A DNA stretch of 64,000 bases from Ramazzottius varieornatus (taxonomy: Eukaryota > Animalia > Tardigrada), in the NCBI GenBank assembly GCA_001949185.1, contig BDGG01000003.1, forward strand, positions 927,686-991,685, in the 5' to 3' direction. The notes below the pieces were generated by a model, which did no database searches, had not been told where the DNA came from, and saw nothing but the letters and a program-made list of their open reading frames with translations. The translations under genes were made by a program, and so were the position numbers. Below are positions 23,923 to 36,756 of the stretch, piece by piece (the stretch's first letter is position 1; every line of letters begins with the position of its first letter).

Positions 23923-26596
23923 CAGAGCGTAAAACCGTTCGATAAACCGGAAACCAAATCCACATTTTCCAAAAAACGAAAACGAAAACGAACACGAGCA
24001 GAAAGCAATCGCGAGTTTTTTAACGGAACTGAACGGAAGATTTCGATGTTCGGAACCGAAACTAAAATACACCGTTCGCACAGAAATTAACAGTTTATGA
24101 TCGTCAAAGATTCACGCTTTAACATCCTTCGGTAAACTATTTTTCGCCGATGTCTTCGGCTTTCCACTATCTTAAACTAAATTCCACTTCAAGTACAGCG
24201 AATCATCTAACTTCTCGCTGCCTAGGGAAGTTGTCTTCTCGGTGGATCCATTTCCAGCATCACTGAACAGTCTTTCGGGGGAACAGCTAGAGGGGGGAAC
24301 CGCGAGAACCCGCACAGCCAGCTTGGAAAGCTTCGGAAGAGTAGCTGCATGCTTTTGCCAGAATTCCAGGATCGGTTTGGAGCTTACAGGTGGCGGCAGG
24401 CTTTGATGGAGACTTATCTCGTCAGCGTGATTGACCGCACTGCCAGTGTCGGAGTAACGGCAGAACTGGCTAAACTCGGTGAACAACGAAGCTGTATCTG
24501 TGGTCGCTGCTATTGGCTGTGCAGTTAAGCTGGTTGTTCCGCACATTTTCTGCACGCCATTGATAATCTCACTTTTTTCAGCGATGGGGTACATCAGGAG
24601 ACCTTTCATGGCTGGATTGAGGAACACTGCTGCTTTGTGTAGTTCGTCAACGACCAGTTTAGCGTCACAGACTTAAGCTGTTTCTGCAAATACGGAAGTT
24701 CGTCAGTGACTGAGAAACATGTCATATGGTGTCAAAGAAGTTTAATCTTACCTGATATGCCACAAGAGCGCTGTACTGGGGTAAGTCCCGGAACTCTTCA
24801 GAAATTGGCTGACTGACGTACGCCTGGACTTCGATGAAGTAAGGTACGACCAGGTGTATCGTCGGAATGTTCGATGACTCTAGAGCCAACGTGGCAGTCT
24901 TGAAGGGTCACAGCAGCTCAGCCACAGCACGGAGAAAGTCGACAGGTCCCGGAAGTCGGTTTCGTTCGTCTCTTTCTTGCAAGATGTGTTCGAGTTCTGG
25001 GTAGAGCCGGATAATGGAATCCAGCATGCCCAGGTTGGAGTTCCACCGCGTTTCGATCGCCCGACAGACGGCGGCTAAGATAGTCTTGCTTGCAGTACGT
25101 TACCAGCGACTTACAGGACTGAATCAAGGTTGAAATTGAAACTCCTTCATCACTCAGTTTGAATCTGCGAATTTGGCTTCCGGTTAACTGAGTTTTGTAA
25201 GCACGTGTTGTGCATTTGACAAGCACAGCTGACACGTTTAAGAATGGTTCTATTTGGAACTCTGGAGGCAGCAATCATAGTAGCAGCAGCATCTGTTATG
25301 AACGTAACGTCCGCGCATTCCTCTTCTGAGATGCAAATGTGTGCCAATGCATGATGAACCCGACGAACTTGGTCTTTGTGTAATCTTCCGTCCATCCATC
25401 CAGGCTGATACAGACACCTCTGGTTGTAAGGATCTTTGTCAGCTTTGGAACACTTATCTTCCGTAGAGCTTTAGCTTGGTTGGTCACGCTGGTGCTAACG
25501 GTGGCAGCAGATGTAAGAAGTTCGCGAGCAGGAAAACGAGCTCCTTTATGCTTTCTTGCTATCCCCAACACCGTGTCAATCATCAGCTCGAATCCTTCTC
25601 CTTCGCACACTTGGAATGCTGGAGAATCCAAAGCACAGAATCTTTGAACAATAGCACACATCAAAAGCCGTCAAACAATAACGTAAGATCAAATTAGCAA
25701 GTTCAATATTACTTTGCAAGAGCTTCCGACATGAGTTATTTTTCTTCTGTCGTTACTCCGACCTTCAGATACTGCTGTATCGAACCTGCGGCTTTCTCCT
25801 CACACTTGGCTGAATGGTGTAATAGTGAGGTTGTTCCAGTCTTAATGCTGAAAGTGTACACTTGACTGCAGTTCTTACAGGCAACGAAGTCCAGCACCTC
25901 GTCCGTATCCACTGTGACTACTCGTAAGAAATCTTCCCACACGGCACTTCTTCCACTCGCATTCTCTTTAGTCGCCAAAAGACTCATCTTTGATGCCGCG
26001 TTGTACCTCGGCTACCGTAAGTCCTCTTAGCTGCAGTGAGGGTGACGCCTTAACTTTCTTCGCAGCTCGCTTTGAATCGCTAGCTCGCTTCTTCAAGGCT
26101 TCGCCGGTCAGATCTATCAGTTCCACTTCACCTTCATCGCCCGAACTCTGTCCCGACCTACAAAACCACTATTATCTTACCGTACTCTAACCGAATATGA
26201 GCTGCACTTACATAATCCAGCCTGCCAGCGACGTGGTAGATTAAGAGACCAGCGGACTAAATCCAGAACCAAACTAATACAAGAATTAACCGCAAGTTAG
26301 TAAGTCGATTCAGAATACATAGGAGTCTGCGATACAACCCAGCGACTTGCTCAATGAGTTGCGCGATGGTCAGAAATCGTATTTAACTATAGCTTACGTG
26401 CTCTGCTATAGGGCTGTGTTACGTAATTGTTTCGGTTTCTAAGCCAGTCCGATCAGAACGGAACGGGCGGAACGTCATTCTGTCAGAAACCGAACGGAAA
26501 AAAGCGGAAATAATTTCGGGTATTCCAGAACGGAAGCGGACCGAAACTTCGTTAACTGCAGTTCAGTTCCGCTTAACGGACCATTTTTAAGCTCTG
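23923..26596 (-). mobile_element. hAT DNA transposon with degenerate spliced transposase
   Basis: TIRs CAGAGCGTAAAA / TTTTAAGCTCTG; 8-bp TSD caacacag/cagcacag (7/8); subterminal AACGGAA/AACCGAA motifs; BED finger (SAVWEDF..CKNC..LLHH..C), SLDGW, ITD, dimerisation domain ILEFW..LPKLSKLA..PPSSCSPERLFS; frameshifts present. Confidence 0.92.
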
Positions 26597-26819
26597 CAGC
26601 ACAGACTACGTTGCCGACAATTTAGGCAAGTTGCACTGAGAGAAGATGCCGGAAGAGCTTGCCAGACTGCGGTGGGAGTCAGCAGTTTGCGGCAGTATGG
26701 GAAGCTCTTTCGGGTACCAGTCCAAACACTGCGAGCATGTATCAGTCAGAGCGATCAAACGATCGCATACGAGCTCTTTAGAGTAATTAGAGTGGAACAG
26801 CTGATTAGCTACACCCTGC

Positions 26820-27256
26820 TAGAGCACTGGGCCGCAGGTCCAAAAGTACGCTGTAACTGTGCTGCGCACATTACCAGGGCGCTGTACGCTGCTCTGTGCT
26901 GCACAACTTTCATGCCCTGTGGCCAAGCAGCTGTGCTGCAGATGCACGTTGACCTGGTGCAACTGCGCGGAACGCCGATGTATTGACGTGGTTCGTAATT
27001 CAGTCAGCGAAATCGGTAGTCAACCTGGAGAACGTTGCCCTAAAGTACGGCAAAGCTAAGACGGTTGACGTTCGAATGCCCAAAAACTGTAAATTTTGTT
27101 TGGTTTCGGTAGGTGCATCTGTGCGGTAGTCTATGGCTTTCTGCTGTATGCTGTGCTGTGCCGCACAAATTTCGTCAGTTTACGCGTTGTAGCTGTTGCT
27201 GCAGCACAGCACAGCTGCAGTACAATGCAGCGTATGCGGCCAGATTCCGTGCTCTA
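26820..27256. mobile_element. Non-autonomous hAT element
   Basis: TIRs TAGAGCAC / GTGCTCTA; 8-bp TSD caccctgc/caccctac; inverted subterminal GCTGTGCTG motifs. Confidence 0.8.
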
Positions 27257-27286
27257 CACCCTACACAGGCGTTAGGCGTGCTGATA

Positions 27287-27453
27287 CAGTGTACCAAAAA
27301 TTAACCGTCGATAAGGGGTGTGACAATTAAACGGAGCTTAATTACCCTGTGACCAATAACGGTTTTGATTCGCCGCATGCGCCAATTTCATTGGCCATTT
27401 CCATCTGGCTCCTTCTGAAACCCATTTTCGACGGTTAATATTTTGGTAAACAG
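27287..27453. mobile_element. MITE family A (TA TSD, Tc1/mariner-type)
   Basis: TA-CAGTGTACCAAAAATTAACCGTCG ... CGACGGTTAATATTTTGGTAAACAG-TA; about 200 bp upstream of the ESF1 start. Confidence 0.85.
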
Positions 27454-27651
27454 TACGTCACGTTCTGAACAGCCAGTCAAAAAGTCATTCATAAAAGTCA
27501 TAAAACCGGGTATACTATTCGGTAACATGCAGTACGGCCGTACGACGCACGAGTAGCTACCTCAATTTGAAATTATTCGTTTTTCGTTTCGTTCTTCTCC
27601 ATTTTGTACAGAGTCGTCGACACAACATCAGTCAACGACGTCATCATCAAG

Positions 27652-30200
27652 ATGAAGCCGAAGAATGGGAACGAACCGGGGAAAGGCAGCCAGGTGAAGT
27701 TCAACCCGAAGCTAAAGAAGGAGATGCAGAACGCCAAGGAGACGCGAAACCATAACCGAGTGCTTCAGGATGATCGCTTTTCTCGGATAGCTACTGACCC
27801 GCGTTTCCGTGGACTTCCAGCGGAGGAGAAGAAGATCCAGATTGATGACCGTTTCGAGTCGATGTTCACCGACAAGCGCTTCAATCAGAAACATACGGTG
27901 GACAAACGCGGACGACCTGTCAATTTTGCTTCTTCCGATTCAATCCAAAAGTTTTACGAGCTTAGTGACAAGTCCGGGAAGAAGAAGGCCAGTCAGTCCG
28001 CCAACGACCGATTCAAACTTCCTGACGGTAGGCGATTCAAAAGGCTGCCTGTAGAATCTCCTTCAGAAATTGCGACAGTATTTCCGACAGGTTTAACATG
28101 GAGACATCGCCTGATTCTTGATTGATGACCTGTGTGATGGATTGCTGATTGATTCGGCTTTTGCGTGCAACGCTTGTTTCGTGTTTTGAAATGTTCCTCA
28201 TATCTTGCAGGTGATGGGACCGACGAAGATACTTCTGACGAGGAAGAAGATGACAATAATAATGCCGGTAGAGATTTTTCTCGGGGAAAGGGAAACGTGG
28301 AAAGCAGTTCGTCAGAAGAGTCGACAGATGAAGATGAAGACGGCCCTATCAGCAAAGGCGAGGAGATCGAGGAGATCGAGCATCCCTGGGCCGAACTAGC
28401 AAACGACGCTCCATCAACCGATGAAGTTACCAACCGACTAGCCTTGGTCAACATGGACTGGGAAAACATCCGTCCAGAAGACATTTTCGCTTTGTTGAAC
28501 TCATTCAAACCAACGAATGGTTCAATCGAGTCCATCACAATCTACCCTTCTGAGTACGGCAAAGCAAAGATGGCGGAAGAAGGCACGAAAGGACCGTTAG
28601 AGTATGAAGCCCCTAAGAACGGCGAAGAGGAAGAGGAAGACGATTTAGACGCTGATTTGGACAGCGAAGAATATCGAAAGAAAGCCACGGAGAAGCTACG
28701 CAAGTACCAGCTGAACCGTCTGAAGTACTACTACGCAGTGGTGGTTTGCGACAGTAAGGAAACAGCCAACAAGGTTTACGAGGAATGTGATGGGTTGGAG
28801 TACGAGAATTCGTCCACGGTGGTCGATCTGAGGTTCGTGCCGGACGAAATGGAGTTTGACGACAGCGAAGCCAAAAGTACCGTCAAGAACCTTCCGGCCA
28901 ACTACCAGCCAGCCGAGTTTGTCAGCACGGCACTCCAGCAGTCCAAAGTCAGATGTTCGTGGGACGAAACGGCCAGAGATCGGCAGGGGCTGGGGAAGTT
29001 GGTGGACTGGGCGAAAATGGACGATATCCAGGTAAAATAAACCGTCTGTTGGAAAACGGTCTTAGTAGCGAATGGCGTCAACCGTCTGTCTGGTGCGCAA
29101 CCGTAAATTAGAACCGTGCGTTATGCTTTTGCTAGCCCACAGTGACTAGGTGATATTTACGGTATGCGGTTCGAATGTGGCGGTCAGCGGTTTCTCGCTT
29201 TCTATGTTCTAACTTGTTGAAATTGCAGTTTTGTTTTTGTAGCTTCTCGTTGGGTTGTGTTGAATGGTGGTTCATGTTTTGTATGTTGTAGGCTTACCTG
29301 GCAAGTTCGTCTTCTGAACAAGATGCGGGAGACGTGGACGATGTGGATAACGATACGCGGTCAGTTCGCTCAACGAAGGACCCGGAAGCAATTGAACGGT
29401 ATCGAGCGCTGATTCTCGAACGGGATTCCAAAGACAAGTCAAAGAAAAAAGACACGCTGTCCGATGAGAGCGATGTCGATCTGGAAGTTGATTGGGAACC
29501 TGGTGTGAAAACATCGACAGAAATCGCGCTGAACGAACAGAAGAAGAGGGCAGAAGTCAGTCAGTTAACGCCTTTTGAGAAAATACTCGAGAAACAAAAG
29601 CTGAGACGGAAGAATAAAAAGCTGGAGAAGTCCGAGAAGAAGAGCATTAAAGTAGCAAGGATGGAAGATGAAGAGGAGGAAAGTGACGATGACTTGGAAG
29701 GTTCGTCCGAAGATGAAGAAGAGGAAGAAGAGGAGGAAGATGAGGAAGATGATAGTGAAGAAGAGGAAGGGGAACATGAAGCCGAGAAAGAAAAAGCTGA
29801 CTTGGAATTGTTGGTGCAAGATGACAAAGATTCGAAGCGGCATTTCAGTCTGAAGAAGCTGATGAGAGACGGCGGGGAAGTCTCCAAGACCAAGAAAAAA
29901 CAGTTGAGGAAGAAGAGGAAAGCTGGTGAAGCGGCGGAAGAACCCGAAGATGGCTTCCAGATGGATCTGAAAGACGAACGATTTGAGGCGCTCTTCACGT
30001 CCAACCAGTACAACGTCGACATGTCCGATCCTGCCTTCAAGAAGACCAAAGCTATGGATGCTTTGATCAAAGAAAAGCTGCAACGAGTCAAGAACGGAGA
30101 AAGGGGAGGAGAAAAGAAGAAGGGGACGATGGTGGTCCGACCGGAAATATCCTTGTTGGCCGAATCTGTCCAAGCGAAAACTAGAAGCAGTAAAAAGTAA
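27652..30200 (+). CDS. ESF1: Pre-rRNA processing protein ESF1 (exons 27652-28027, 28211-29031, 29292-30200)
   Basis: DPRF, IDDRFESMF, VDKRGRP, RLALVNMDW, IYPSEYG, LRKYQLNRLKYYYAVV, DLRFVPD, NUC153 DERFEALFTSNQYNVDMSDPAFKKT. Confidence 0.95.
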
Positions 30201-30495
30201 TAGTTATTTATTCTTCTTCCGTGAAGTCAAGCACTGGCTTCTCGTTTCACATGTTTTTCTTCGTCTTTTGTACCAATTTCTGATTAACGACGAGAAAAGG
30301 AAAAAATGGGATTGTGAAGTTATCACATTTTGTTTTGCAACAGGTCCGTATCTAGGTGAAACCAAAATGGTATTCGCACGAGGGAATATGTCGATAGTGT
30401 ATTGAAAGAACGAAGATCAGACAAAAACGCAAAACAACGATTGGTGCGAAATGGAGGCTTCAGGCTTGAATGACTGGTCAAAACTAGTCGGTAGA

Positions 30496-30831
30496 TTAGC
30501 CGGTCGCGCCCATGTTTTTCAGGTACTCTATCAAGTGTCGATCTTGCCTTTCTCTGGCAACTTCAAGAGCGGTTTTGAAATGACCGTCGTCTTTGAGGGG
30601 GAGGCTGTCGTTGACGCTGAAGACTCGGCTGGCGAAAATGGCGTTGAGAATGATGATGTCTTGCCGAGGTTGTGCGGGCGGCGTTGGTAGGTGTAAGTCG
30701 GAGACTGTCAAGAGCCAGGCCACGAACCTCTTAGTGTCGGGCAAAGTCCAGTCGTCACAAACCGTGGGATCCAAGGAAAGCTGGCGGACGAGGTCGCCGA
30801 AGAGAGCATTGGTAGTCACACCTGCTGCCAT
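30496..30831 (-). CDS. Short ankyrin-like protein, truncated paralogue of the 33626-36756 gene
   Basis: LVRQLSLDP..DW..KRFVAWLL..DIIIL..KTALEVA..LIEYLKNMGA aligns with LIRQIFLDP..DW..GAWLL..DIVLL..ETALSLS..LIKYLRKVGA. Confidence 0.6.
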   Translation of the reverse strand: MAAGVTTNALFGDLVRQLSLDPTVCDDWTLPDTKRFVAWLLTVSDLHLPTPPAQPRQDIIILNAIFASRVFSVNDSLPLKDDGHFKTALEVARERQDRHLIEYLKNMGATG

Positions 30832-31272
30832 CTTCGGTAGCTGTTCTCAGAAGAATCAAGGATCCCTTCTTGGAGAAGATATCTGAAACGTGTTGAGATT
30901 TGGTCGGGAATTTAAATTCAACTTTACTGTACATCTAAACGCCTTCGTGGGCGAAGTTCGAATGCTTTTCTTTCGGGAGGAGCCATGTGGTTTCATTGGT
31001 GATAGCTCTTCCTTTCTGTGGTCCGAAGCGAGGTAAGTCGTACGATTTACAGGTAGCTAGCGGTGTGAAGTACAGGTGAGGCCTTTGCCTAATTACTTGG
31101 AGTGCAGGAAGCTTTGTGGTGCGAGGTTACTGGACATTTGACCGACAGGAAGTGCAGGGGGGATACTGACGTGTGAGTTGGTGTAGGAAAATTACAGCTT
31201 GACCGAGTTTGCCGAGTCCTTTTATTCTATCAATTTAGAGTAACGTCTGAATAAATATTCCTCGCTACCGGG

Positions 31273-32128
31273 TAGTGATGTCGGCATAAGGGTATCGCGA
31301 CCTAATATAATCTTGATTTAATAAGCCCGGGCTGCCAGAGTTCCAATAAAATCTTAATACAATATGCCCCGACCGCAGAGCATCTAATATAATGTCAATA
31401 TATTAAGTTATGTCGCTGGGTTCTTATTATAATATATTATTATATTTCTGTCATTTCTAGATCCATGTGTCAACGGGAAAAGATAACTTTCTTCCTCAAC
31501 AATCTCATCATTAAAGCAGTTTTATCTAGATCCAGCAATAAAGGTCATGAATTATCAGTTAAAAGTACTACCAAGGAACCGTCCTAAAATAACAGCAGTT
31601 TTAGCAGCTGTTATCTCTTCGGGCTGGTGTTCGAGGAATTCCTTTCTTTCAAGCCGTTCTTTCAAGCGCGATTCTGCAAACGCATTGCAGGATCGCGCTG
31701 AAATGCATTGTTTACAGCGCGATTGGCGGGTACGCAACTGAGTCCCCGAAATCGTAGTCCTGCACTCACCAATCAAATCAGCTGCTTCAATCAAGTCACC
31801 ACATTCGAACGTTCGTGAGTCTATCACACGCGCCGGTGGGTGATGCGCAAAATGTACTGGCACACAGCACACTGCACACAGTTTCACGCTTATTGCGGAC
31901 GCAAATCAAGCATCACTTTAATCAACCGAAGCCAAAATCCGCATTTTGATAATTTTAATATGGAGCGCCTTGCGGCTTGATTTTAACATGATAATACTAG
32001 CTCTGGCTTTCATCTAATTTGATACTGATAAATATTCCCCCTCGGCCGAGGCATCTAATAAATGTTAATGCAAAAAGCATCTAATAAGTTCTAATTTAGT
32101 ATAATACTCATATATGTCAACATCACTA
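31273..32128. mobile_element. Non-autonomous hAT element
   Basis: TIRs TAGTGATGTCGGCATA / TATGTCAACATCACTA; 8-bp TSD ctaccggg/ctaccgga; TAATATAAT subterminal motifs. Confidence 0.85.
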
Positions 32129-32960
32129 CTACCGGACGTAAAACTTTGTATCGAGGTGTTCATCGGGAGTTCTACGGAGGTGACTGCCATATATCTTGAG
32201 CCGATATTCTTGGGCATTTTGCCCTTTGTAGGAAAACCTTTGCAACAAACGAGAAATCGTAAGTTTCGCTTATTCGATGAGGGTCGGGAAACCAATAGCA
32301 AACCGTAGTTCCATGAAGAAAGCTTAAGCTAGCTGCAAATGTAGAATGTTTCAAAGCTGAAGATTTAGCGTGCGAAACAGAAGAAAAGGATCTGGGGTGA
32401 GATGGTTACCGTAAGAGAATTTTCCTGACACTGAAATGCACTCATCTCAGATGCACGCGTAAAGATTGGGTGGCTTTTATATCTTTCCTACTCACGCACG
32501 CAGAAGAGAGCTCATGTTACCTGCCTGTGACTTTTCACGTAATCGTCATGACGTCATGCGCTTCTCGAATGTAAGCCTGGGATTATTCTGGCCTGGTAGT
32601 ACGTCTGCGTACGTCACACGGCTCTCGCCACGACAGCCTGGGATAATTCCGTTAACACATTAAAGAGTTTGATACGGAACTCGAGCAGCGCAAGAAATCC
32701 GAGTAGCGTAAAACTCTGGCCCCTCCCATTCCTTACTCTAATCGGCTGAGGTTGAGACCCGCTCCGCAATCCAGCCGACTAGCGTAACTTCACCGGAAGG
32801 TTTTGCAAAACCTCCATCAGTTTTCGTGATTAATGACTTTTCGGTAAGATGCGATGTCGAATCACACGAAGTGTCCAGTTCTAATACAGCAACGGAAAAA
32901 GTGATTTCCAGTTCCGACTGCTTAAAGCTCAAGTGAATCTTGATACGAAAAGCAGCAGCT

Positions 32961-33150
32961 AAAGGCAAAGTAAAATCCAGAAAGTGGCAAAAGCCACAGT
33001 TAGAGACACAGCTCTTATTGTGGCAAAAGTCACAGTTGAAGTTGCAGTCTCATCAGATTTTCGAAAGCCACAGTTACACCCACAGTCAAACTGAGACTGT
33101 CATTGTTTTCTAGGTTGACAAAGTCACAGTCAAGCGTGCAGTCGCTACTA
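32961..33150. repeat. Array of AAAG(C/T)CACAGT motifs ending in CGCTACTA, probable orphan hAT-type end
   Basis: Four or more motif copies; no matching TSD found. Confidence 0.45.
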
Positions 33151-33625
33151 CAGTTTCACGAATAATCAATAACCGACGTTAAACCCTGAAAGATATAGTT
33201 AGAAGGGCAGTTGGCACCTCGGTGGGTCGTCTTGAAAGCAAATCTGAGGTTTTGAAAAACTTTTGGGAAGAAATACCCACATAAAAGCTTAGTTGGAACG
33301 TTACTTGGATTTCTTACGCACTCGAGTAACGGCCCATATGCCTTACTCGGAAATTAAGCACCGAGCACATCAGTGGGTTCAGTCGGTTCGGCTCCGCCCA
33401 CGTGCTCCCTTTCAGTTCGCTAATTCCTACGCTAATCCGATTTCTTGCTCTGCTCGAGCGCCGCATTAACCTCTGGATTTCTTTGTATACCCAATACTAT
33501 ACCGCCTTGTGGGTACGCGCACTTGCTGTTTATGGTCTTTGCTCATTGCTTCAGATCACAGTATCTTTCCCAGAACCGTTCGTCCGAATCTGCTGAATAT
33601 TGTCTTCGGAGAACTTACCGCAAAG

Positions 33626-36600
33626 ATGGCGGAGACGGAACCTGAACCCACTCTGGAGCCGCTGGATCTTATCCGGCAGATATTCTTGGATCCAATGTCA
33701 AGTCGGGACTGGTCGCGCGAAGACTGTCGGAGATGCAATCCGAGAATCACAAAACCTTGGTAAGACAGTCAACCATCCAGAAGATAGTTTATTTGGCGTT
33801 GAGAACAACTCGACGAAAAGGAACCATTCAGAAAGTTGTTCAGAAAACGATTCGAAAAAGTTTGTTACAATGTCGTTCATGTTTTCACGTAAGCGGTGGG
33901 TTACGTCATCGTACACGAAATGGTTGTCCCTGTTCATATAGAGTTCATGGTCACATGGTAGAGGCTTAATTTCCAATTGTGGACACGAAGCATACCGCTT
34001 TCACTGACCACTGTTACATCATGCCACGCATGGCACGTCGTACGGTCTAATCACTGCTGGAGCTTGGTTGTTACGTCGTGTGGTAACTGTGGTTGCTGTT
34101 ACCGTTTGGACGTTGTTTTGCTACGGATGCATACAGGGTAGCCGTTCCTTGTCCATCGTGCGTAGGAATACTTGATTAGGAGCTACTGCAGATGAAAGTA
34201 CGAGACGCCCGACCACCTGCCGTTTGGTAATGAATTGGTACCTTGCAGGAAAGACCAGCAAATTTCAAGGATGATCGTTTGGATATCGTCCTCCTGCACT
34301 GTCTCCTGACCACCGAAGCATTCCACGTGGATGAGCTGGTCCAGACAGCGGATGAAGGGTGTATCGAGACAGCCTTGTCGCTGTCCGTCCTCCACAACGA
34401 CGTCGAGCTGATCAAGTACCTACGGAAGGTGGGCGCTTCTCCCGACATCATGATCGGCCCTGTCTCGTCCATGTTCAACAAACCGTCCATGTTGGCTTCG
34501 GATCGTCCTTGTCCAGAGTTCCAGACGATGATTCTGCAGTATTGCCAGCCGCCAGCGCGGGTACCAGTCCAGGTAGGCCATGACGTTTCATCATGCCGTT
34601 AATTGCATCTGGCAAATTTGGTTGTTGTCTGTTTTTGCAGGTGGAAGAGGACGACATCTGGAGGCTGGAGAACGACTTGCCGGATCAGGCGGACTTTCTA
34701 CAGTTGATTCAGTCCAAGAATATTGTCCAGTTTTTCGATAAAGGCATTGAGTATGACAGAGCTCGCATAGCACGAGATCCTAATAACAGTGAGTGTCTCC
34801 AAATTATATTCTACGGATATTCTTGTTTGAAAAATTTAGTTTTTATATTATTGGTCCATTGTGATATTTTCCTATTAAGATGCTGTTTTTCCCGTCCGGT
34901 CTTTTTCCTCCCGAAATTATTTTGTAGCTTGAAAGGCAGAAGTAAAATAATTTTGACCAACGTGTTTGTTGCGTCGGATTTTCCATTGTGGTTCTTGGGT
35001 TTCGAACGTGTCCATTCTGTCTTCCACCATAGTCAAAACATGGACACGTCTCCACCGTGCCTATGTCTACGCCACGCTCAACCAACGTCGGCCCAATGGA
35101 CCGCTCCCAGAAGAATTCCAGCAGATTGCCCTCTTTCTAGATTACAAGGGCGACATCTCTGTCAACAGCTGGCTGATCGACGAGGTAGTCGATCGCAAGA
35201 CAGCGCTCTTCGAAGCCATCTCCAGCAAGAACTTTCTCTATGTCGAGTGGCTCCTCAAGGTTCAGAAAGCTGATCCCAACCAAGTAAGCTTCTTTTCTTC
35301 TCGTATTACGTTATTTTCCACTGCTTCATTCACCTGCGTACCCGCCTCATCGTGTACATGCGGGGCACAGGGCATGCAGGTGGACGGAAGCCGAGTAGCG
35401 AGTGCGTCACGACATCAAACCTCATCGATATGGGGTTCCACTATGCAGCTCGATGATGTCGTGTCTTTCTCGGGATGAAGCTTCTTTCTGATTTTTCTAA
35501 TTACAGGTGAGCTATACGGACGGAGTCTTCTGGCATGAAGCTGACAGGCAGTCCAACCCGATCGAGCAGACTTTACGAGGGTTCTTAGTGTGGGACGAGG
35601 AAGAGAGCGAGATGGTGGGGCGAATGATGGACCTCATTCTTGATCATGGCTGTACCAAAGAGAACCAAACGATAGCTTTTTTGAGGATCTTACGGGACGA
35701 TATAGCCCTCCAGATGGTCTGCGTGGAAGTCTTGCACTTCATGCGCATGACGGAACGATTGCTTGATAGGACGCCGGACATCCTGACGGAAGACGTCCGA
35801 CGAGCGTTCAACCACGGACTGCCATTGTGAGTAAACATGCATCGTCGAGAAAATTTACAAAATGTTTAGATTCAGTAATAGAATTTCATCAACTAGGTAC
35901 AGTAGTTCAAAATATTCGAATAGCCTTCCTAAATGACGAATTGAAATATTTACCAATAAGTTGAGCAACAGATTTTTTTTTTCGAAAAGAAAAATCGGTT
36001 GAGTGGACCGGAAGTGATTCTTACTTCAGAAATCAACGAGAAACATGAGTAGTTCGTACAGTCTACAAGTGAAAACCATCAGTTGTTGACGAACTTGAAA
36101 TAAATGTTGATTTCTTCAGGATAATTCGGGTATGCGAATCAAAATGGTTCGACGAGAGGTTGGAAAGTCCCACGGTTGCCCACACGTTTGAGAACGTCAT
36201 AGCCAGAGTGTTTCCATTCCTCCGTCGCATGACTCCATCCGAGCGGTTCTCCATCCGTCCAGAAACCTCTCGGTGTCTGACCATCAACCGTAGTTACCGT
36301 ACCTTGGCTTGTCTTCTGTGCTTTTACGACGGCGACCTCGGTTCGGTCGGACTGTACCACAACATCATCCGAACGAACCTCCCTTTCATCAACCCCATCT
36401 ACTGCGAGGTTCATCAAGCCACGGGCTTTCCACAGGGCGACGTGATTGAGAACAACCGGAAGAGAGTCCATGCCTTGATGATCATCATGGTCCGCTCACT
36501 TCCGGTGGCCACTGCAGTCAAAGATTTCCTCTTGGATTTTGTGAGAATACTAATTGATGATCAAACTCCTCAGTTACCTGCCAAGATTTATAGTTTGCAA

Positions 36601-36756
36601 AATCGATGCATTTCTGTGATGAGACAGACGATGAAGGCGGGAAGTGTTAAGGAGGAACATGTCAAAAGTGTTTTACCACCGACGTTGTTCAATGATATCT
36701 TCATGTCCGGTGTAGAATGTTCCCTTCTCGCCTCCATTGAGCCGACATCGTTGTGA
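33626..36756 (+). CDS. Ankyrin-repeat and SOCS-box (ASB-like) protein; first exon apparently interrupted (exons incl. 34249-34572, 34641-34788, 35033-35283, 35507-35826, 36120-36756)
   Basis: Ankyrin-like TALSLSVLHNDVELIKYLRKVGASPD and TALFEAISSKNFLYVEWLLKVQKADPN; C-terminal SLQNRCISVMR...LPPTL (BC box plus cullin-box-like); downstream exons join in frame. Confidence 0.7.

Noticed and set aside
29561-30173. Hydrophobic or Ser-rich minus-strand ORFs
   Set aside because: Antisense shadows of the Glu/Lys-rich ESF1 exon.
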